NCBI GenBank assembly: GCA_965285935.1
Contig: OZ260665.1
Span: 59,272,001-59,336,000, forward strand
DNA length: 64,000 nt
Source: Ophelia neglecta
Taxonomy: Eukaryota
Direction of reading: 5' to 3'
The notes under the pieces: generated by a model
Told to the model about the DNA's origin: nothing
What the model saw: the letters and a program-made list of their open reading frames with translations, nothing else
Databases searched by the model: none
Translations under genes and position numbers: made by a program
Shown here: positions 38,301 through 51,800 of the stretch, piece after piece
Numbering within the stretch: the first letter of the stretch is position 1
Layout: every line of letters starts with the position of its first letter

Positions 38301-41300
38301 AGTCATAATTGGTAGGTTCGTCAAATTTACAGGCCGAATTTACACAAGCTGCAGACGATTTTTTTCAAGAAAACAACTCATTTCTGTACTATCCCAAGCC
38401 GAGAATGAATCATATTCAAGTGGGCATATATATCAACATCAGGGAAGTAGAGGCGGGAGATTAAGGGCTTAGCTTTCTACGTAAAAAGGCTGGAAAGAAT
38501 TTAGTTATAACAGACCGAAGAGGCAATAAACACCACCCATCCTTTTTTTAAGTTCAAGTGTAGGACATCATTTTTAGTTACGTCTTAACAAGCCTTTCCT
38601 GCTAGATTTGACCGTATACTTCAGGTAAAAGCGCTACGCTTTAGGAATGTAAAAATGTCGTATTTCAGACATTAACAACATTTCTGATGAGGCCCACATT
38701 CATCTTCTAACTGGTGCCATCCTGAAGTAGTTAGATGCCTGACAGGTCCATCTGGAACAACTGTCCACTTCTGTCCGTCTCCTGGGTAGCAGACGAGTGC
38801 TCTTCATCAACGCGCGCTGCTGCCGCAAACAGGAGGGAGAGTGGCGTAAACAGCTTTCTGTCGGCTTCATTCGGTTGTCCACGGCCCATACCAAAGCGGT
38901 CCTGGACTAGATCAATCACTGCAACACTGGGCCTAAAACAACCACGTGTCACCCAGGAGGCCAGTCCTTGGACTATCACTGAATGCATCTTTCACCGTAA
39001 ACCTGATGGAATGTTTCTGGAAGCTCTAATAGTTGATTAATTCTCGCTCACGCAAATTGATGTGGATTTCAGAAAAGCAATTGCGTCATTCATTCATCGT
39101 CTGTTTGCGAGGAAATGAACTTCTGTAAGCCTTATACTCGCAGATTGTAGGCTGATGAATCAGACGAATGTAGAAGATTTTAGTATTAGCGAGAGAAGCT
39201 CACCTTAATTATCAAACAGTTGGAATGTTTGATTGGTGAGCGTTTGCTACACAAAAGAGAGCAAACGCCACCATTGACTACAAGATAACTCATCTTCACT
39301 GACGCTGTCAAAGGGCCACGTTGCCATTGCTTTCATTTAGGCCAATTAATATAATTGCAACAAGAAAGAGACTTTGAAGGGCACATATAAAGCAGAAGTA
39401 GAATACTTGGCCCAATTATAGCTTCCTTGAAAATACATTACCCGTGTTTGCATGATAATATAGGGCAACTGAAGGTAGTGGTAGTCTTACTTCCTGGCAG
39501 AAGGTCAGCAACCAATAGGTACATGTGGGCACTAGGTGTAAGTTCTGGCTGGCAGCATCTGCAGATGGGTCACGTAATAGCTCGTGTTTGTAATTGGGAC
39601 AGGCAGGGGCGTACTCACTAGTTTGCTGTCAATGAATGTTAGTCTTGAAACTTCACCCCTTGCGCTACAGGCGTTTTGCAGCGATTTTGTATCACCCGCC
39701 AGGTGTAGGGGCCAATCATGAAGGTCACATGGGGTCAGCTTGGAGCCAGTCTGCAGGTTTCCATTACAGATAATGTTGGTGGAAAGCCACAATGATCCCA
39801 TTGTAATTTATTAAAGAAATTGACAGATCAATGTTGTCTTGGCTGTGGCGTGTTCTCGACTAAATGAATAAAAGGAACGAAAACATGGCACGTTGAGAGC
39901 TCGCTAGACATTTATATGAACAAAACGTTTCAGAAAAGTATAAATCTAAAGACAACCTAAAATTAACGATCGTATTGTGTTTATAGTGGCAGTAAGGTCG
40001 AGGTCATCACATGTGCTCCATGGCTGGTCAGTTTACAGCTTCCTTTCTGTCAAAGTTTAAGATCTGATAGTGAGATGAGAGCACGCGCGATTGGATTAAC
40101 AGTTGGAGCGATTTCTCACGGGATCTCGCGAAATCTCGAGCTGGCGGGTAACAGTATGGTGACCATGGAAACAAGGCTCTAGGGCACATTTATTGATTTT
40201 TGCAGGCATGGGAGCAACTATTTAGTGAAGCAAACCCTCGAGAGAAATATCGTAAGGTGTTTAGACTCATTAGAACAAAACCTAAAGGACTCGCGCCAAT
40301 CGAGGTGCATTTTTTTGTTATTTGAAGCGCGCACAATTCGGTACCATTTTCTCGCGTTGATATTCCGTTAGTGAGTTATCTGATAAACCGGGTCTGCACG
40401 AAGTATCACAATGTTTTTTTGATGAACCTTTGCATTAATCTCTAGCATCCGGCGTTGTCTTGTTTGTAAGCGTGATACGAATAAAAACCAAACAAACACA
40501 CATCCATTAAAAAGAGTGTTTTTCATACTTTGGCGCAAGAAGTATTAAAGAGGACATTATGTGACCAACATTAATTTATGTGATTAGGCCTGCCGTACAT
40601 TTTTCACGAAATCTGCCGGCGGTTCAGCGCCAAAGGCGGAAAATGAATAAGTGTTTCTCTAAACTGTGATGGTCATGCAAAATAAGGTGATTTATAGAAC
40701 GGAAGTCCCAGTCGGACCTGAAGCCTAATATCTTATTTATCCCTCTACCTGGGGACCGATTGATGCAAAGGGATCATTAGACGGAATATTTCCAGTTCTA
40801 AGAATCCAACCGAATAGACTTGAAATCAAAATTAGTGGTTGAAGCAAACTCAGCGCGAGGCCTTAACATATGTATTAATGTAGACATCTGGTGAGCTTTC
40901 TGAAGTAATCAACTGTAGCTTTAGACTTTATTCCTAGTGATGTAAAATGATGTATTCGCGGTTGTTTCCAATGAACCGCCAATTGAGCTGTGTTGGCTTA
41001 TTAAAGGAGCCATTTACCAAGCTGCGCTGGCCCAAATCAGTCAAAGCACTTCTCAAGTGCTCTGATAGAAGATTCCGCTGCGCTTTCACCGGCCATTGCA
41101 TCTATTGTAAACAGAAAGCATCTGGAAATACTTTCTATCAAACAATAATAAATAACGTCAGTCCGTTCGTATATTAGGAAAAGATTTGTTTGTAGCACCT
41201 GAACTAATTTTTCACTCGCTGTTTCTCGGATTTCTTCAACATTCGTCGGCGTCCCGTGGTGAGCTTTGTCTGGCTTTCATTGTCCGTCACTCCTGCATGT

Positions 41301-42637
41301 TGCAAGGCTATACTCAATGTGTCCACCCCGCCGGCAGACTGCTCCTACCTAATCGTGGGTCAAGTTTAATCGGGTTCTTTAAAGCAGTGGTATTCTATAC
41401 TCCTGAATAAAGTTTTTGGGCCGACTGTTGGCTAAGATCACACACGAAAGACTGTATTATTGATCTGGTAATAGGCAATGTATCAGGATGTATCAATGGC
41501 CCAGACGACAATAAAATAGAAAATGTGGGAAAGGCAGGTGCAAATTAGACGGGGCAGGTCTAAGGCAATGGTGTGTTGCTTTGAGTATACATTCAAAGGG
41601 TGGTCCCACCAGTTGATTTAGTCTGGGGTATTGCTATGTATGAGAGCTGGCACCATTCCGTACTCAACCGAGATCAATAAGAGATAGAGTAGAGTTGCGA
41701 TGTCGATACAAGTAAAACAGTGAGGTAAGGAGAGAAGCCTCCCACTTTCTCTTACCGCCTGTCCTAACCTATTAACGTTCCCGTGAACATTTGAAACACT
41801 CTCGAGAGAAACGCCGATAAAAGATCGATAAGATCTCGCGACAAGAAGCGGGAATTGATGAGAATCGGCGAGATGTAATTACAGTGTTTCTGGCAATGGC
41901 CGCCTCTAATTAAAGGCGCCTTGGAGACCCCGCCATCGCCATTTTGTCATTGACTAAATGTCTGCCTGATTTTCATTCTCGTAAATCATAAGCTTGCGAT
42001 AGGTTTTGAATTAGCCTCAAAGAAACTCTCCGGCATAACAAGTGGTGGCGCTAACCAAATAAACTCATAACTCAGTCTACTTTTCGGTTTCCATAGAATT
42101 ATTCTGCGAGGAGGCGAACTGTTTTCCATAGGTAGATCCTTTCAAGCTAGACTGTAACCAGTAAACTGTAAACATAGGCCTCATTAATTTTTCTGATTAC
42201 GTGTTCTCCTAAATTCAAGATTCCTTTAGCTTTTAGACCTATTATATATTTATTTCGTTTCTTAATTGAGGTCTTGGCTGAAGGATTATATTCACGCAAC
42301 AGATGGCCAATTAAAGTTTGTGTAAACGGCCCTATTACCTTCTTAACTATGTCACAAGGATGTGGGTCTAAGAATGAGTATGTAGAAAGCATGGCTTGGT
42401 CTTCCAGAAGTGTCGGGTGGGTTATCTCCGAGCCTTCTCCGGACAGTGGGGGACATTAGTGGCGTCTCCGACTAGATTCACCGACGCCGGGCTAAGACGG
42501 GGCCCACATTAAATGGAGATGTCAGAAGGTATGACCTCATGGGCCAGAGTACGATCCATCTCTCACAGCCGGGTTACCACAAGACTCCCCAGAACAACCT
42601 GATATAGTCAACTCAGACTTAGACGGCAAACCAAGTA

Positions 42638-42813
42638 CAGTGAAACATGTGAATAAAGCCACCCAAGAGACTGGAAATACTGGTCTGATTGCAGAGGTGG
42701 TCTGTTTAGACAGGTTATTCATCATTGAAAGTATAGATCATGGTCCTCATATTAGTGGTCTGAATTGACAGGTGGTCTGATTATAGAGGTGGTCTTTAAG
42801 GCAGGTTTCACTG
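42638..42813. mobile_element. Tc1/mariner-pogo-type MITE
   Basis: TA|CAGTGAAAC ... GTTTCACTG|TA: terminal inverted repeats with TA target duplication. Internal repeated (ga/ca)ggtggtct motifs; 176 bp, non-coding. Confidence 0.85.
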
Positions 42814-45800
42814 TACATCACATTCTGACGATTCTCGAGCCACACATTTGTTATTATATATAGTCCTAGGCTTATGCGGTTTATGAAATGGGATGACTAA
42901 GACTAGCTGCAGTAATTATGGAGAATTATCGATACTTAATATGTTTAAATTGACTAGATATTTATTATCGAACTATCATCTCTCAGTAAACGGTGTCATT
43001 TCATACACTTGTAAAAGGTCGGTCAATGCTGCAAATTGTTGCTGCAAATATCGACATGACACCATTTGTGATTTCCGGGCTAATCTTAAGTAGGTCAACC
43101 TCAAGTAGCTCCACCGTCGTTAATCATCTCATTTTGAAATTGGAAATCACTTGGGAACCGAAAATCACGCCATCTTACAAATGTATTTCTTGTATAGTGT
43201 GGCCAGATTAGTAAATATCACCCAGCTGGGAGCATTCTGGGAGACTTTATATTAAGCTACATTGCCGAACCACTGTGCGAATCCCTTAAGAATTTTCGTC
43301 TCTGCACCTTTGATGGACATTACTTGTTCATCTAGCTAATACAATCTGTTGATGGCCTTTCTCCATTGCGTGTGACTGATCGACCAAACACCGCCCCTTT
43401 ATCGGAGCCGTCGGTGGCCATCTTTGAAGTTTCATAGATAAACGGGAGGCGTTTCAAGTCCATTTATTACAGTTTGCATACTGCTACAATGTTCGGGCGG
43501 AGGCGTTTGTTTCCCGGACACCAGCTGCCTGCCACTGCCTATGTCGGTGATCATCAGCTTCCGGTCTAGCAGGGCAGGTATAAAAGCTCTTGCAGCATTC
43601 AGGAGTCGATTTAGGACGCCAATGGTTTGCCGTCTTTTTAGCAAAGTGATATAGGTGGCAATATCTGGTAGGTTCCTTGGTTTATGATGATGACATGGCC
43701 GTTGTGGTACAATTGCAACACACTTTGCAGACAACATTTTCAAACACTGACAATGAAGATACGCCTAGAGTAAGTCGCTGCAATGCGAAATGAACATATA
43801 TTTGTTCTGATTGAAGAGGGTCGATTCCTGGACAAGGATACGGCATCAATATTTCGCCTGCCGTCAGCAGACCACTTGACTTGGTGTCCAGAAGGTGTCA
43901 CAGTAATCTCGGCCCTGATCCTGTGAGACGAGACTTGTGGTTGGTCAGCAGTCACCCACTTGACCACAGAGTGGTTTTATGAGCAAAACAATTACCATGT
44001 CAATCACTGTGTCGTTATATAGAACGTATTACTCGCCGCAGTTTCTGATTTAAGGTCCTGCAATATTACAGAGTCCACGTTCCTCAAGGATTGTAATTTG
44101 ATGGAAGGTTGTTCAACCAAGTATATATTCCTCCATCCCACGACAGCGATTCGAGTCAGTGGGTGAAAGTATGAAATGAAAAAGTCGTGCTGGTGACCCT
44201 CCAGCAGAATCACAGTCGTTAAATTATACTCAATTGAGCCCCAAAGTCACTTGACTCAGCTAAGATATTCAGTTCACATTTTACTGCTCGGTTGACATTC
44301 CCCCTAGAACAATAAATGTACCCAACAAATCAGAAAATATCGCACTATGATCAAACCATGCACACTATCAGCGATGTATAAAATGCATAAAAACATATTC
44401 ATGCGCTATATATGAAGAAAAGATCACATTCGGAGAAGAGTGCAAGAGCCATAGGCTATTGCCATATCCTGAAAAAAATCTTACCCGCCATTGTGCGTCA
44501 ACAAAATGTACTAAAATACCGAGGTGTAGCAAAAAACTACTTTGATCGAAGCACAAAGGGAAAGGTTTGCATTGTAAACATAAGAGATAGGGGACTAGTG
44601 CTGATCTTTAACAGTCGATTTTTTTCTCTGTGATGATCCTTATCGCTGTAAAAAAAAAACATCTAAACTATAAATCTAGGGTCGCCTCGGGTTAGAGAAG
44701 GAATGATTGCACCAACTTCCTGTGTGAAATGTAATACGTTCTTCAAAGTAAAAGTATGCGTTTGTTTGTTTTTTCCCAGTTGGATTTGTTACCCTATAGA
44801 CATGAGTAATGGCTTGGTTATGCCGGCAGTATTTTACCAACTGTGTCTTGTTCAAGAGCCATTGTTTTTCCCAACTTGGATATTGAGATGTCGGCTGTCT
44901 GACAGCCATTTGTCTTATGTCCGCCCACTATTCACAGCCATCTAGCGACCCAATTCTCTATAGTATAAAGGAAGCCTATCTAACTCGATCAACCACTAGT
45001 ACTTTGCATCGCACCCAGAATGTGTCCGAGACTCGATTCTTTCCCTACTGGTTGTTATACGAAATAAAATCCCACGAGACACTGCTGGATAAATCATAAT
45101 AGAAATATAATGACGGTTTCACGGCAACACTCAAGCCATTGACTGGGTTCCCTTGATGAATGTGCTCCTAAACCCAAAATGAGTATGTTCGGGGTCGGCT
45201 TGTAATAGGCGCACGTCGAGGCCCTCCATCGGGACAGGGTTACGGCCCGACCAAATGGGAAATAATCTCTGCTTTGATTCACACTTTATCGTTCCTGCCA
45301 GCAATAGCCCTTGTTTGCCTTTATTATTAGGCGGACACGCTTGGAATTCTGTTACGGAATCTAACATTGCAGCACCACACGGCTGTGAGGGCAATCGGTC
45401 TCCGATGAGCATGGCTTCAGCCAGAAACCTGCATGCTAAATTTGCCCACGTTGCCAACGGGAGCAAAATATGAGATAGGAGCTGCTCAATTACGTCATGA
45501 GAGTGCACTCAATTATAGCCAAGGGGCCAGGCATCCTCTGTCGTTGTGAGCGAAGTCGTCTGGTGATGGTTGTAATATCTGGGTCGGAATACGAAATTGA
45601 TTTACCGGTATACAGTTATAACAAAGCCTGGAACCGGGGGCTGATGCCAGATGTGATATGTGTCTGTGACGTAACAGACCCCGAGGACGGCGGTATGGAT
45701 ACAGTCCTCTGACCACAGCCAGTCAGTTACTTCGCTCTGCTTTGTCCATGAGGAGTAGAACGCCAATCTTCATCACTGAGTAAGACTTCAAACCAGACCC

Positions 45801-48800
45801 AACTGCCTTCCTGATACAGGCTACTCAACTTTCCTTACGTAAGACCTTTCATATCAGAATGGCAAGCTTTGTAATTCAGTGAGTGCATGTGTGGTGGAAA
45901 TATATTTGAAACATCAGTATGACCACCCACTGAGGTACCTGCTACCAAGTTTTATCGTCTAAGTTTCCTGGCCTCTATAATAAAATAAAATATATTAGTA
46001 GCGGACAAGACTTCCCACTGATGGCTGGTCTTGCCACTTCTGGGATGGACGCCAGAGGTCGATATAACATATCAGCTTCAAACCTCCAAACTGCCAGCTG
46101 TACTTGTCTGGCAGGCGACGCTAACAGCCAGCAAACCACACCAGAAACAAAAGATAAATCTCGAAGGCGTAATTATGAAGAGACAAAGGCAGAAAGAGAA
46201 ACGACCAGAAACAAAAGCCCACAACTCAGACCTTGAGAAACAGCTATCGGTGATTTTTTAACCATAATAGTATCTAAGTTAAAGCTGATGGACTAGCAGT
46301 AATGTGTAGGGTGTGTCGTAGATCGTAAAGCAATGGGACAGCGTCAATGATATCGGGGAGACTTGGGGAGCAATAACGGCCCTCTATTGTCAAATCCGAC
46401 CTGCGTTTGTGTAGATTCCCACATCTCCCTTGATACTTCATTTAAACTGATCCAAATCACAATGCCAAGATATCATTAGTGGAGGTCAAGGCTCTTTTTA
46501 GAAACATCGGAGCGCACAGAGAAATGCGTTCTTTATCTTAACTTTCTCCTGAATGGGCGGTGTCTGCTGGAGATGAATGCTTGGCTTTGCCGACAGGAGT
46601 GTTACATTAGAGACAGACGTAAGAGAGGCAGACTCTTAATCCCACTTTAAGTTGGAGGAGTAAACCGCTGGTGAGAAACACTCTAGAGATTGATAATTTA
46701 GATATATATGTTTTTTTCTGAGCTCCTAAACCATGCCATGCTTATTCGACAGAGGGTTGGGCGTATCATTGGCGTAACGCGTGCTTTCAATCATCATAAG
46801 GCACCCCAGGGTCCCCATGCAACCACCTCTCGGAACTGGTGTCAGAGAAGAGAGCAAGTTTCACGTCTGATTTGTTGCGCCTTCATGGCATATGATACAG
46901 CTGTTAAGCTTCCGGTATGCCAGGGCATTGCGCCATAAAGATCTCCTAGGAGATTTCATCCACCTCGTAATCTCAACATATTTTACAGGTCGCTTAAATT
47001 CACTTAAGTTCATATAAATTTTCGCAATGACGAGTTCAGCTACGACTTAATGTTTTTTAGTCCTGCCTTCTTGCAAACTGTCTTGAAATGATATCAGTGG
47101 CGGAAAGGAAGTTAACGCAATTTAAAAAACATTATACTGATTTCTATCGAGAAAGTGCTCGGAATTTCTTTTGAAGCATGTCTGTCATATATTTTGGCAG
47201 ATTCGAATTCACAGCGGCAGTATCGTTCAGAAAGAATCGCATAAAGCATTTGTTTGTGCGGCTGGAGAAGATCCTTTCCGTTTTAATACTCCCATCTGTC
47301 AAGAACAACGATACCATTCATTCTTATTAAAGCCGATACCAGAGAGGCAAATAAATGTAAGTTTAGTGGCAAGCAAACCAGAAAATCATTCTTTCGGTCA
47401 GCAAAATCCAATCTATGCTCTTCGGACAGACAGGAGCTATGTACATGTAAATTGGGTGCGGAGCATTCTGCCACTAAGGTATCAGCCTTTGATCGGTGTT
47501 ACTCCCGGTTAGAGTGTATTGGGCCCCTGAAATGCATCCCCGACCTCCTGATTGGAAAATATGAAGACTGCTTCACAGGGGAGCATATAATTGGGATAAC
47601 CCGGTTTGATTTATAGGACCAGTCGGGCCCAGGACACGCTTTTTTAGGCTGGCGTTTCCAGGAAGGAAGTGGCCGAGTAGCTCCGAGGATGGTCGTAAAT
47701 GATACATTTCCCATCACATAAGATTTGACGTTGATTACTTTTTCAAAGCATGAAAATACCTGCTGGTTTTATCCAATGGGGCACAAATTATTTCATTTTC
47801 TCATTATACGAACTGTTTGATTCAGATATGACCATGAACCACTGTTCTTATCAATCTGTCTTTATATGAATTGTTAAAGTGCAGTTACAGTTCGTTAATG
47901 TCAGCTTATAATTTTTGAAAAGCATGCTCCTTTGTTTATGATGGTTATCTCATGCCCCAAGGTCTCGCGGTAGACCACGAGACCCAGCATGCAACAAAGC
48001 GTGTCTCTAAACATGTTATCTCTTTCGTGCTTCTATGTTGACCTACGGCAATTCACGATATACTTCATTTGTTGACCTCTTGTGAGGATATCAATGCTAA
48101 CTCTAGTTAAAACAACACTGTATTCCACCAGGGATTCGGAATGAATTCATTTTCTCCAAAATGCATAGGGCTATGGGGGAATTTAATGGACATGAACCTT
48201 GTGTGATTATTTTCGTCTCTTAATTATCAGTTCTGTATCGACATGTAGAGTATGCAAATTATTTTTCGTGGATGGGCAACTGTTATACGTACTGTTTTAT
48301 CAACAAATAAACGTTAGCCATTTCAACTGGTGATAAGGCGTTTTGTTTTGACGAATACAGTTTCTCTTGGAGGTAACTTGATGAAGTGCTATCTGGGATT
48401 CGGGTGTATTTTTATAGTCCAGGAGAAGGTATAAGGTAGAGTGATGCCCGCGATCACTTAACCTGGGCCCCCTGGGCCTAACCTTTTGCCAGTTCTGATG
48501 ATGATATCTCACGGAGTACAGGTGAATGTACAACCCCGCAAGACGATGTCCCGGGGAGATGTAGACCGGGCCACAGAGACGACTCTCCCACTGGTCCTCC
48601 TCCTCCGACCCCATCGCCCAGCTCGACATTCTAAATAGAAAACAGCCTGTATAATCTTACTCCGGACGGGTCCGCCGGGAGTCCGGGGACACGATAATAA
48701 TCTAGCAACATGACAGATTTAGATGGATTAATTTTACAGTCCGCCCTAGGCGTCTTCAAGTGACATATCCTCGTGACCTTCCTAAGGAACATTTTCAATT

Positions 48801-51800
48801 TTCTTACACCGAGTTCGCTTCCCAAAACGCAAATAAAAGCCACTCTTATGCGATCAATGAGTGACTGCGTTATACGATTTGTTCGGCTAATTGTATATTG
48901 CAAGGGGAATTGGGAATTTCTGGAATAGATTTATCAGGCAAAAACCTAGATCATGCTTGTTTAGTGTCCCTGAAAGAGAAACAAGGACTCTTAGCGACGT
49001 ATGCGCAGGCGCCTCATAAGCCCTGATATTTCCGGCGCGATAGTTCAAATTGTTAGAGCACTTTCCTTTTGAACAAGAGCAGCTTTTGCTCCTTGCCCGA
49101 AGGGTGAAATATCAAGTGACTTGTCTAAAACCCCAGTCACTTTACAGTAGAAATATCCGATTGCCAAAACGGGTTAAAGCGAACTTGGGAGCGGTCCTAA
49201 GTGGCCCTTTACAGCGCACATTTCACTGGGGATTGCTGTGGGCAGACGAGTGACATTCTAGCACCACTCTACAGCAGACCGTCAATTCTTGTCCATATAA
49301 TACAATTGTTGTAGTGGTGGAATATGTGTTGGCTCGAATGAGTAAGTTCAGTTGCACCCTGCCTCTCTGCCCTCTAACCTTGCCTCACGGCAATAATGTT
49401 GGATAGAGGTCTGCAGGTCCTTTTATTGTGTCAAGGAGGACACATGTAATTGTCATGAATTGACAAGAGGACGTAGAAAGGTCAAGCAAATACACTCATT
49501 CAGGACTTGTTACTATCTGAAATAGACTAGTCAAAGTTCTTGTTACCAAGACTATACAAAAAAAATACTATCTCTATAATACGAAATGTAATGTATGGCC
49601 TTATTTATGGATATAAAATTAATAAATGATATTGCAATGCGACATACAAATCTGGAAAACTGTTAGCACCTGATAGAAGCAAACCGGAAGTTAGAATATG
49701 ATCTATTTGTGTTGTTAACAGTTCAATCTGAGCTTATTGAGCTCATTTCACTGAATCATATATATAATCCGCTTCGAAGACAAATTCGTTTCTTCCTCAA
49801 TTACTTTCCGCTCAGTCCGATGATTGAGTGTTGTTGCTGCCTTGAATGCTTCTCGTATCCCTTGTTCACTAGTTGATCTAAAGCCTGGCAAGTGTCAAAA
49901 GCACTGCTTCTGTTCTTCGATGGTTTTGGATAATACTGATCGACCTGACAGAATCTAGGCCAGTCCAAAACAGCCTCTGTCTCTTGCCATTGCAGTCGTC
50001 TGGGGTAAGAGAGGGATAATTGTGTATCTGTGTCCACAGAACAAAAACCTGTATTAGGCTACACGTTCTTCCGCAAGTATGCTTGCTTTATTTAGAGCAC
50101 GATGATCTAATCAATCATTTTTGATGGCAGGGGCTTTTGATTCTCTTTCTTATGTCCCATTCATCGCCCACTGTAGAACAATGTTCCGGGATTGCTAGCC
50201 CATCAGAGAAGCGTGCTACACCCAGGTTAATATAACTATTAACGCGACGCGATTTTTGTGTTTGATAGAATATTTAAATCAGACATATAATATGATAAAG
50301 GCACTGCCTCAAATCGAGCGCAGTAGAGCCTGGTACATTATATTCTGACTTTAAAAAGGAAAATGCTACTGCGCAATCTTCATGTGCGGTTCAATGGTGG
50401 AGGTTACGACGTTTGGTCCGTTTATTGGTCTAAGTGCAGGAACCAGTATGGCCGCTGTATATAACAGATGGGAGGAACGTTGATAGGTATACAGGCCAGT
50501 TTGATTCCATTTCATTCCTCCCATTCTATTTACACGCATGTTATGGTCAGAGCCTCGCTACAAAGCGGCTCCCGAGCTATGCTAAAGTAAAAAGAACGTT
50601 AGTTCTATAAATCTCTCTTGCCTTTCTCGAACTAGGTGCTAATAAGTATAAGATATATGGTGGTATGGCTGCTATTAAATTATCATACACATTTTAGCAA
50701 CAACTACACGTACAAAAGTCTAATTAGGTCAAATGTAAGGAACATATAATACTGTCGTAGTGAAGTGGTCGGGACTTGACTGTTGTCACGTGTATATCTA
50801 ATAGGTTTTCACTACAAGCTAATCCATTATTGCCTCGACGCCTTTGGTCAATCTGCGAGCCACTTACTTCGGGCACTACTATATAGCTAGAATGGAATTA
50901 TAGCATAATACCTCACAACCGGGTTTCCTCTAATCCACCATGCGGAAATCCCACTACAGCGATTTTCAATGCTCTTTTTAAGCCCATATCGAGTAATTCA
51001 CTTTTGGAGACAGACCTGTAGAACTAAACTATAAACAAGAACAATGACAAAAAATTGTGTACATAAAACTAAGAATGCTCCTATGCCGAGGTGCGATGAA
51101 TTTGCTCAGTTCTCATATTTGTATTATATTCCTGCAGGCACTTGTTGTGGAGAATATTTCAACTGAAACAATTCAAAACATAAAAATAAAACATATAAAC
51201 GGGCACTCCGATACAACAGAAAATATTTCAATTTTTTGTTCACTGCATTGATCAATGCCGTAATTAATCTTGCAGGAAAAACAGTCTTGGAAAAATCCCA
51301 CGATAATGTTGTCCCCTGTGGAAATGACACCCTCGAAATCTGTATAGGATTGTTTTTACATGATAAATAAAATGGTTCAACCCACTATGATTTGCGGTGG
51401 AATGTTTATTTGCATTACCTTAGCTCGAAGCATTGCTTTCAGAGCCTATACACAACCTACGCAGGTCTATATAGAAAACATGTTTACACCCTTATGTACT
51501 TCTAATCGCCACTGTATACGGAATACGTCTATAGAAATGGCCAAAGTAATCTCCTGATCACACCTTTGTATAATATAGTGTAGACCATAGGAGTGATTTG
51601 TTTGTGTGTAAGGTCGTGAGTGGGGGGGGGGGGGTTCTGTTGATTGTACAATGTCTATTCTCTTCAGGACAAGAGTTGTCAGGTAGGAGATTTCCAGGAA
51701 TGTGGAATGATGGAAAATGCATGTTATTAATATGATAGGAATTGTTAAGCATGCAAGACTTGCTACAGCTGCGGAATCTCCTTCGGTACGGCTGATCTAA

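Noticed and set aside
24710-46425. Scattered Su(H)-type YGTGRGAA sites (24710, 38167, 40113, 41524, 46417)
   Set aside because: The number is about what chance predicts in 64 kb; only the clustered site at 27218 was kept.
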